A stretch of DNA of 58,123 nucleotides from the NCBI GenBank assembly GCA_016180645.1, contig JACPAV010000015.1, positions 62,001 through 120,123 on the forward strand, read 5' to 3'. Shown here in pieces: positions 50,970 through 58,123 of the stretch (position 1 is its first letter; each line of letters begins with the position of its first letter). The position numbers and the translations under genes were made by a program. The notes beneath the pieces are model-generated. The model did not search any database. It was not told where the DNA came from and saw nothing but the letters and a program-made list of their open reading frames with translations. The stretch comes from Nitrospirota bacterium (GTDB lineage Bacteria > JACPQY01).

Positions 50970-52034
50970 CTACAAGCCCACGCCCAGCGAGAAACGAATT
51001 CCCGAACCCTCCCGCGAATCGGCCAGCGTCCCCTCCGGGGCGAGCCAGGCCAACTCCGCGCGCATCACCGCCCTCCGTCCGATGGAAATCGACGCTCCTC
51101 CGCGAACGGCGTAGCCGAACGCAAGCGCGGTCTCCCCGCCCGCCTGCGTCCCCTCGATCGTGGCGGCGTTGCTGAGCGAGACAACCTCGATCACCGGTCC
51201 CGCCCCGAAAAAGGGACGGACCGCGCGCGCATGGCCCGTCTCGTGGAGGAGGGTCAGCCCGATGGGCATAAGGCTCAAACGTCCCTCCGTCGGTTCGTTC
51301 GACCGGAGATCGATCACGCTGACGCTTCCCGTGTAGTAATCCGTGTTGAGTTCGACGGCCCACGGGTTGGACCACGCGTAGCCGAGGGCGGCCCCCCCCC
51401 CGAACATCTGGCCGAAGGTCTGCCCGATCCGCCCGCCGGGTGAAAGCACCGCGCCGTACGCCGTGGCGCGGAGCCCCTTGCGGGAGGCTTCCTTGGGCGG
51501 CTCGGTCGCGGATTCCGCCTGAGCGTTGGGCGGCGCGGGCGGAGGGATTCGATCGAGCATGGCATTGAGTTTCGTTTCCAGCATCGACAGTCGGCGATCG
51601 AGCATCCCGACGCTCGCCTCGAGATTCCGGAAAGGCTGCCGGAGATCCGCCTCCAGGTCCGACGCCGGCGTGAACGCGATGTCCTCCGACAAGTCCACCG
51701 CCACGTCGAAGGCCGCCGTGTCCTCGACGCGCGCCATCGGAAAGGCGCCCAAAATCCGGCTGATCTCCCGCGCCTCTTTTTCGTAGGGCTCCTTGTAAAG
51801 CACGCCGTTCAGAAGTCGCGCTGAAAAGGGCTGGAGCGAATCGATCCGGAACCCCCGCGCGCCGAGTTTGGCGTTGACCAAATCGATGGAGTCCGATCGA
51901 ACCGCCGGGGAGACGAACAGGGTGATGTGGAGCGAGGCGGAGGGAGGCGTCGGGGCGTCCGACGCCGGTTCCGCGCGGCCGACACGGGCGAACGCCAATG
52001 CAGCAATCAGCCAAATCCAAAAGAATCCAGTCAT
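50970..52034 (-). CDS. Secreted protein: periplasmic domain + coiled coil + OmpW-like beta-barrel
   Basis: Signal peptide; VRPFFGAG; C-terminal RFSLGVGL. Confidence 0.65.
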   Translation of the reverse strand: MTGFFWIWLIAALAFARVGRAEPASDAPTPPSASLHITLFVSPAVRSDSIDLVNAKLGARGFRIDSLQPFSARLLNGVLYKEPYEKEAREISRILGAFPMARVEDTAAFDVAVDLSEDIAFTPASDLEADLRQPFRNLEASVGMLDRRLSMLETKLNAMLDRIPPPAPPNAQAESATEPPKEASRKGLRATAYGAVLSPGGRIGQTFGQMFGGGAALGYAWSNPWAVELNTDYYTGSVSVIDLRSNEPTEGRLSLMPIGLTLLHETGHARAVRPFFGAGPVIEVVSLSNAATIEGTQAGGETALAFGYAVRGGASISIGRRAVMRAELAWLAPEGTLADSREGSGIRFSLGVGL

Positions 52035-52152
52035 CCTCACCAAGCTTTCGCCATTCTCGCCCATGCCGGAGCGACTTGCAACTGTGATCTGGATCACAGG
52101 GGCAATGTATCAGAATATCGGTTATTCCAGAGTGTTATGGGCTGAATAACGG

Positions 52153-52170
52153 TGTGAAGATACCTTCACA
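52153..52170. promoter_or_regulatory. Palindromic operator candidate
   Basis: TGTGAAG-ATAC-CTTCACA in an AT-rich divergent intergenic region. Confidence 0.5.
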
Positions 52171-52334
52171 AGATGCTCGATATTTCCCCCTATTTCGCGA
52201 GTGAGAGGTGGTTCTGAGCGGTATGTAATCCATCGCCAATAGTATTTACATAACGTATTGAAATATCATGAAATAGAATGCGATCGGCAACGAAAAATCA
52301 CAACGTGGAAGAAATCTTGCTTATTTCTTAGCAG

Positions 52335-54437
52335 ATGGACAAGTCTATTTCCCTATCCGCAGGCAAAACGGCGAGTCGGAGTATCCTTTCGATCGTTTGC
52401 CTCGTCGGGCTGCTTCTCATGGCGCTGGGCGCTCCGGCCTGCCATCGGAAGGTGAGGAAGGATCGCCGGCTCCCCGAAGGATTTTCGACTTTCTCGGTTG
52501 AGCCGACGCTTGCGAAGGCGGGGGATGTGCTGAACGTTCGCGTGTCGGTGCAGCTCGCCGCTGCCAAACCGCCTGAAGTCCTTGTCACGGACAGACCCGC
52601 GGAGTTGGTCGCGGAGCCGTCGGAGGATTCCGCGTCGATCTGGACCTACGAGTACTCCTACACCGTCGCCGGTGACGAACCGGAAGGCGACGCCGAGGTG
52701 AGGGTGAGCTTCCGCGACCGACAAGGCGGAAAGCATGAGGCGGGCGATCAAGTCCGGTTCGATTTCACGCCGCCGAGTTTCCAGGTCACATCGCTCTTTC
52801 CGGGCCGCGCCGAGCGGCCGTGCGGAATTGTCAAGGGGTCCGGGGGGGGGGAGGATCGAGCGGCGTCCTACGCCGGGGATTCCTACGCTGAAGACAAGGT
52901 CGCCACGGTTCAGGTGGTCGCCACCGAGACGTTGACCGGACCGCCCTCGGCGAGCATCGCCGGGTCGCCCGCGTACGGGCCGGCCATCGGCGGCGAGCGG
53001 TTCAGTCTCGAAGCCCCCGTGGTCGTTCGTCCGCTTTCGGAATCGTTTCCCGGCCGGCTGTTTTCGAACGAGTCGCCGGTTGCGGTGAGCGTGGAAGGCC
53101 GGGATCGGGCGGGGAACGTGGGGCGGGCGGACGTTCAGGTGATTCCAACCGGCGCCCCGCGGTTCTGTCTGCATCTCACCCAGCCCGCGGAGGGTGTCTC
53201 ACTGGCGGGGGAGATCACCGTGGCGGGCACGGTGGAGCCGAAAGGCTCGGAGGATCGCGTGGAGGTTTATCTCAACCGCGAACCGCTGGCCCGCGCGCGT
53301 TCGGCGCCGTTCCGCGAGAGCGGGAGACCCGGCGTGAGCGCGCTCGGCGCCGCCGAACTTCTCGTGGCCGCCGTGAGTGGAAACGGCCGGTGGATTTACG
53401 TTCTGCGTCGGCTCGAACTGGAAGCGGCGTTGCCCGAGGTCTCGGCCCTCGGCCCGGGCCCGCTGAGCGCGCTGCGCTCGCTGGAATTGGGCACGGGTCC
53501 CGTTACGCCGAAAGGGATCGTGGGATCCCAGGGCCGCGTGATCCGCGCGCTCGCGGTCGATCCGCAGTCCGGCTCGGTGTGGATCGGCACCTCCGGCGGA
53601 CTCAGCCGGTTCGACGGCGGGCGTTTCCGCGGATTCGGCGTGGACGACGGACTCGGCATGACCATCATCCGGGGCGTGGCGGTGGGTGAGGACGGGCGGG
53701 TGGCGGCCGCGGGTCACGGCGGCGTGGCGATTTCTTTCGGGGGCACGTGGCGCAGTTTCGGAGTGAAACAGGGCCTGCCGAGCGAGGCGGCCTACAGCGT
53801 GGCGATCGCGCCGGACGGGAGTGTGTGGGCCGGAACGGCTGCCGGATTGGCCAGGCTGGAGCCGGAAGCGTCGCGGTTCGAATGGGTCGAGGAACTCGGC
53901 GATGAGAGGGTCGCCGCGCTCGAAGTCGTTCCGACCAAGGCGAAGAAAGGCTCGCCTGCGTTCTACGTGTACGCGGCGACCGGCGCGGGACTGTTTGTGG
54001 TCGATCCGCGCGCCCTGACCGCAACGAAAGTCCGCGGATTGCCGGATGCAGCCATGTCGGCGCTCCGGCACTCGCCCGACGGCCTCCTCTGGCTGGGGAG
54101 TTGGGGCGATGGAGTCCTCGGAGTGCAACTGGCGGAGCCGGATCGCGCCGTTCCGGTCGAAGGGCTGACCTCGCGCGATGGCTTGGGCAGCGACCAGGTG
54201 GTGACGCTCTCGATCGGTCCCGCCGAAGAGGCGGAAGGATCTGAACACAAGAAATTGAAATCCTACTCGCTCTGGGTGGGAACGACCCGCGGGCTCGGGC
54301 GGTGGGACGGAGCGGAACTCAAGAGTTTCACGCCCGCGGATGGACTGCTCGATTGGAGCGTAAACGCGGTCGCCTTCGATCCGGCGGGCGGCCGCTGGTT
54401 CGGCACCAGCCGCGGGCTGACGAGGATTGGGGGCTGA
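52335..54437 (+). CDS. Predicted lipoprotein: Ig-like domains + Reg_prop-type beta-propeller
   Basis: APAC after a hydrophobic stretch; repeats of WIGTSGGLSRFDG / DGL. Confidence 0.75.
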   Translation: MDKSISLSAGKTASRSILSIVCLVGLLLMALGAPACHRKVRKDRRLPEGFSTFSVEPTLAKAGDVLNVRVSVQLAAAKPPEVLVTDRPAELVAEPSEDSASIWTYEYSYTVAGDEPEGDAEVRVSFRDRQGGKHEAGDQVRFDFTPPSFQVTSLFPGRAERPCGIVKGSGGGEDRAASYAGDSYAEDKVATVQVVATETLTGPPSASIAGSPAYGPAIGGERFSLEAPVVVRPLSESFPGRLFSNESPVAVSVEGRDRAGNVGRADVQVIPTGAPRFCLHLTQPAEGVSLAGEITVAGTVEPKGSEDRVEVYLNREPLARARSAPFRESGRPGVSALGAAELLVAAVSGNGRWIYVLRRLELEAALPEVSALGPGPLSALRSLELGTGPVTPKGIVGSQGRVIRALAVDPQSGSVWIGTSGGLSRFDGGRFRGFGVDDGLGMTIIRGVAVGEDGRVAAAGHGGVAISFGGTWRSFGVKQGLPSEAAYSVAIAPDGSVWAGTAAGLARLEPEASRFEWVEELGDERVAALEVVPTKAKKGSPAFYVYAATGAGLFVVDPRALTATKVRGLPDAAMSALRHSPDGLLWLGSWGDGVLGVQLAEPDRAVPVEGLTSRDGLGSDQVVTLSIGPAEEAEGSEHKKLKSYSLWVGTTRGLGRWDGAELKSFTPADGLLDWSVNAVAFDPAGGRWFGTSRGLTRIGG

Positions 54438-54438
54438 G

Positions 54439-56667
54439 ATGGCGCCTTTTCTGCGCCGGCTCGTACCTGCCGCCTGCGTGCTTGCGCTCGCCCTGTTGGG
54501 CGGCGCAAGGCACGCAAGAGCCGCCGCCTGCCCGGACGATACGATGACGGCGTTCGGCCCGGAATCGTCCGGAATGGCGCCGGAGTTCGCCAACGTCGTT
54601 CCGAACGCCGGTGACGAAGACCTCTGGGTCGGTTCCTTCCGCGTGCGGCGCACCGGCGGCGGGGGCGGAGCGATCTCGTTCCTGTCTTTCATCCTCGCCG
54701 AGTACGGCACGATCACGGCGAATACGGGCGTTACCGCGGTGCGCGTGTATTTCGACAATGACAACAACTATCGCGGCATCGATACGGGCCTTCTGGTGTG
54801 CGGGCCCATTACCTTCGATGCCTTGTCCAATGCCAACTGCGATTTGGTCCCGGATCAAGGCGTGGACACGAATGACTATTGGCTCCACGTCGCCGTGGAT
54901 TTGGCCGCCGACGCGCCCGTCTCGACCGTCGGTGTCCGGATCGACGCGGTGGCGAATCTCGTGGTCAGCGTGGGCGATTGCACGGCGCTCAACGCGACTC
55001 CTCTCCCGCTCGGAACGGTCAACATCCTGGCGCCCACGGTCGCTTCCGTGGCGCCGAACCTCTTCAGCAGCCAAGTGGACCCCGCGCAAACGCTCACGGT
55101 GACCGGCACGAACTACGCCACGGGAAACGCATCGAACGGGGCGAACGACAACACCGATCCGCTCCGCATTCGAGATTTCACCGATGGCGTGGAGTTCACG
55201 GGCGAGGCGACGACGAGCTCGACCGTCGTCACCGGCACGTTCGATCCCTCCGGCGTGGCGGCGGGCTCCGGAAAAGTGCTCCGCGTGTGCAACTACTCCC
55301 GATGCAGCGCGGCCGAACCGGGCGTGATGGAGATCTACAGCACGGCATCGGGAGTGAAAGTGACGAGCGTCGCGCCGACGACCGGACAAGCGGGGGTGGA
55401 CGTCGACCTCACCCTCGGCGGTCGAAACTTCAAGTGGGGCGGGGCGTCGCCGCCGGTCTTCAAGGCCTACCTCTGCACCATCGACGGGGGCGACAACTGC
55501 ACGGCGAACGTCTGCAATCTGACGAACGTTACGATTGTCGACGATCGTTCGATGACGGCCCGCGTCCCTTCCACCTGCGTCCTCGGCGCGGCGACGCACC
55601 GGGTCATCGTCGAACCCACCTCCGGCAACGACAACCAGGCCGACGGGAACAAGACGGACGACAAGTACACCGTGGTCGTGCCGAAGGTCTACTACGTGGC
55701 GAAAACCGGCGCGGATGCCGGCTGCGGCGGTCGTGTGGACAATCCGGCCAGCCCCTTCCTCACGATCAACGCCGCCTTCGACTGCATCGTGGCGAATACC
55801 GGCGCGAACCTGACCGACGGCGACGGCCCCCATGCGATCCAGATTCAGGATTCCGGGGCCTACCTCGAGAACTCCGGCGCGGCGGGCCGCGGCGTGGATC
55901 TCACGGGCCTCACCACCAGTTTGGCCAACAACCTCGCGATCCGCGCGGCGGCGGGCCAAACCCCCGTGGTCAAAGCGGACGTGGCGACAAAAGATGCGAT
56001 CTATCTCGGGACCGGGGCCGCGGGCAGTTTGGATGGCACCAAGATTTCGGGATTGGTCATCCGCGATTCAGCCCCCAGCGGCAGCGGCACGGCCTACGCG
56101 GGAGTCCGCATCCGCGCTTCCGATGTAACCATCGAATATTGCACGTTCACGAACGACGACTACGGCCTCCACACCATCGCCGGGGTGAACAACAATAATC
56201 TGACGTTTGCGTACAACACGTTCTACCAAAACAACCCTCAAGACGACGCCGGCGGCGCATCCAACCGGTTCGAGGACGATACGAACGTGTCCTTCCACCA
56301 CAACCTGCTTTTCTCGAACGATTTCGGAAACGGTCTCGATTTGCGGAATGTGGATGGGATCGAAATCTACAACAACACCTTCTACAGCAATGGGAACGAG
56401 GACAACAATCAATCCGAGCTCTACATCCGGGACAACGGGAGCGGCGATTCGTCCAACGTTACGCTTCGAAACAACATTTTCGTCATGCGCGACATCCGGG
56501 CCGGGGCACAGACCCGGAGGGGATACCGTCTGAAGGATGGTTCGCAAGTCGGCTTCGCAGCCGATTTCAACGTTTTCTACCGCGATCCGAATTCAAACGA
56601 TTTCGGCGACCTCAACGTGGTGGAGAACATCGCCATTCGCCGGGGTAGAATACTGCCCGAAACGTAG
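54439..56667 (+). CDS. Secreted IPT/TIG + right-handed beta-helix protein, possibly C-terminally truncated
   Basis: Signal peptide; VTSVAPT; YYVAKTG..PFLTINAA; YNNTFY, RNNIF. Confidence 0.75.
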   Translation: MAPFLRRLVPAACVLALALLGGARHARAAACPDDTMTAFGPESSGMAPEFANVVPNAGDEDLWVGSFRVRRTGGGGGAISFLSFILAEYGTITANTGVTAVRVYFDNDNNYRGIDTGLLVCGPITFDALSNANCDLVPDQGVDTNDYWLHVAVDLAADAPVSTVGVRIDAVANLVVSVGDCTALNATPLPLGTVNILAPTVASVAPNLFSSQVDPAQTLTVTGTNYATGNASNGANDNTDPLRIRDFTDGVEFTGEATTSSTVVTGTFDPSGVAAGSGKVLRVCNYSRCSAAEPGVMEIYSTASGVKVTSVAPTTGQAGVDVDLTLGGRNFKWGGASPPVFKAYLCTIDGGDNCTANVCNLTNVTIVDDRSMTARVPSTCVLGAATHRVIVEPTSGNDNQADGNKTDDKYTVVVPKVYYVAKTGADAGCGGRVDNPASPFLTINAAFDCIVANTGANLTDGDGPHAIQIQDSGAYLENSGAAGRGVDLTGLTTSLANNLAIRAAAGQTPVVKADVATKDAIYLGTGAAGSLDGTKISGLVIRDSAPSGSGTAYAGVRIRASDVTIEYCTFTNDDYGLHTIAGVNNNNLTFAYNTFYQNNPQDDAGGASNRFEDDTNVSFHHNLLFSNDFGNGLDLRNVDGIEIYNNTFYSNGNEDNNQSELYIRDNGSGDSSNVTLRNNIFVMRDIRAGAQTRRGYRLKDGSQVGFAADFNVFYRDPNSNDFGDLNVVENIAIRRGRILPET

Positions 56668-56703
56668 AAAGCTCGGCCTGCAGAAGGCCCTCGGCAAAAT
56701 CGG

Positions 56704-56735
56704 AAGGGCCCTCGACATCGTCGAGGGCCCTTTTT
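56704..56735 (+). terminator. Rho-independent terminator
   Basis: AAGGGCCCTCGAC-ATC-GTCGAGGGCCCTTTTT. Confidence 0.75.
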
Positions 56736-56862
56736 CATTCCTCTGCCAACTCAAAGCCTGTGGTTAGGAAATTCACATTAACCGTGATAGAAATAAAGCG
56801 GATGTGCTCGCAAGTCGAACAGTTCGACTTGCGAATTAAATCATGCCACAGCGGAGGACCGA

Positions 56863-57350
56863 GTGAACAAGCGGATCGCGGTGCTCGTATCCGGTACTGG
56901 CTCACTACTCGATGCGATGATCAAGGACGGTCTCCCGATCGACCTGGTCGTGGCTGATCGCCCCTGCCGCGGGATCGACGTGGTGACGCTAAGCGCCCAG
57001 CCGGCGATACCTGCAGCTGTTCTCTACCGCGCTAGCTACGGAAAGGGGCTAGCCTTCAAGCGGGAACTCTACACGGCCTGGCTCACGGACTTCCTGGAGC
57101 GGTTTGGCATCGACATCGTGGTGATGGCGGGGGAGATCGCGCGGTTCGAGACGCACTCGCTTCCGGCGTGCAGATCACCGGGACCACGATCCATGTCGCG
57201 ACACCCGAAGTTGACAGCGGTCCCATTCTCGCTCAGGAGGAGGTGCCCATCCTCGATGGAGATACCGAGGGAACGCTCCATGAGCGTATCAAGCAGGTGG
57301 AGCGGGTCCTGTACCCCAAGACCATCCGCGCCTTCGCAGCTCACCTGTAA
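56863..57350 (+). pseudogene. purN: Phosphoribosylglycinamide formyltransferase with internal deletion and frameshift
   Basis: IAVLVSGTGS...VVMAG joins out of frame to [18 protein letters not shown]...VDSGPILAQ; the NxHP catalytic motif is absent. Confidence 0.85.
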
Positions 57351-57365
57351 CCGCCAGGAGGAAAC

Positions 57366-57536
57366 ATGAGTTCTCCACAGACGGGACTCGAGGGCGAGAT
57401 CTGCTCGGACTGTCACGACAAGGGATTCGTCTGGACAGGGCCTAGGAATGACCCCAAGAACCGGATTCCCTGTGATTCCAGCGGCTGTCCCTTCCGCAAG
57501 TCGCTTCAGGAGTTGCAGGACCTTCGGCCGCGATAA
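57366..57536 (+). CDS. 56-aa Cys-motif microprotein
   Basis: AGGAGG RBS; CSDCH...CDSSGC; followed by a terminator; below the ORF-track length cutoff. Confidence 0.5.
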   Translation: MSSPQTGLEGEICSDCHDKGFVWTGPRNDPKNRIPCDSSGCPFRKSLQELQDLRPR

Positions 57537-57565
57537 CAAGGCCATCCTCGAGAGACGGAGAAAGT

Positions 57566-57595
57566 GGCCGTCTCTCGGGACGGCCTTTCTTTTTT
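57566..57595 (+). terminator. Rho-independent terminator
   Basis: GGCCGTC/GACGGCC stem + T tract. Confidence 0.7.
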
Positions 57596-57724
57596 ACATA
57601 TCCAGGCAAATCAACAGCGAGCCTTATCTCAGTATTTTTGCGAAATACTACATTAATAATATGAAGTAGTTATAGCCGTATGTTCCTTAATAGTAACGGT
57701 CGTATGTATTATGGAACACCTTGA

Positions 57725-58123
57725 TCATTCTTCCATTTCTTCTATCAAACCGAGTCGATAAATATCGAACGAGTGGTCGCCCTCGAACATGTCGGAGGGG
57801 TTCGGCAGCCAGATACGCCGGCGGGAGATCTCGGCGGTAGCATCCTCGATAAGCCGGCGGAAGACTACGAAGTCGCGCTCGAGCGTCTGATAATCGAGCA
57901 CGTAGCGTTTGAGCTGAGCGGACCCGTCGGCGTTCCTCGTTTTCTTGCATTCATAGACGATGAACCGCCGCACCGGCTTCTCAAAGAGCTTCCCGACCGT
58001 GTAGTAATTGAATAGCGCCTGAAGGACGAAAAGCGTTTTGGCCGAGCCGCCTTTGCTGAACGCAGTGACGAACTTGTGATCCACTATATCCACCGCGCCC
58101 GATTCTGCTCGCGCGTCTGCGCG
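57725..58123 (-). CDS. PD-(D/E)XK nuclease-family protein, 5'-partial
   Basis: IVDHKF...LQALFNYY (RecB-like DxK and QxxxY motifs), LPNP. Confidence 0.6.
   Translation of the reverse strand, partial: RADARAESGAVDIVDHKFVTAFSKGGSAKTLFVLQALFNYYTVGKLFEKPVRRFIVYECKKTRNADGSAQLKRYVLDYQTLERDFVVFRRLIEDATAEISRRRIWLPNPSDMFEGDHSFDIYRLGLIEEMEE

Noticed and set aside
53199-55959. Long minus-strand ORFs (522 and 543 aa)
   Set aside because: Shadows of well-supported plus-strand genes.
56740-56862. ZTP or purine riboswitch upstream of purN
   Set aside because: Consensus motifs are not found; only the perfect palindrome is present.
1-58123. A complete DGR locus
   Set aside because: No reverse transcriptase, avd or non-coding template repeat is visible.

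Overview
GC-rich bacterial chromosome segment whose gene content resembles Deltaproteobacteria/Myxococcota (inference only). It is dominated by predicted lipoproteins and surface proteins: three paralogous Ig-like/FN3 + double RCC1-propeller proteins, two ZU5-like paralogs, two beta-barrel proteins and a beta-helix protein. It also has signalling genes (His kinase, receiver-cyclase, a kinase-TPR-GAF-sigma54 fusion, an NtrC-like regulator), a selenocysteine peroxiredoxin, EF-P with a non-lysine tip, two toxin-antitoxin-like pairs and an IS110/IS1111 element with a 3' non-coding region. Most notable patterns: (1) several unrelated families of short intergenic repeats sit in frame at homologous positions of the Ig-like domains; (2) RCC1 blades have hypervariable loop codons with a fixed third base, plus patchwork shuffling; (3) several genes carry clean internal deletions, two at visible microhomologies. 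I saw no rRNA, tRNA, CRISPR array or reverse transcriptase. All calls come from reading motifs by eye; no searches were run.
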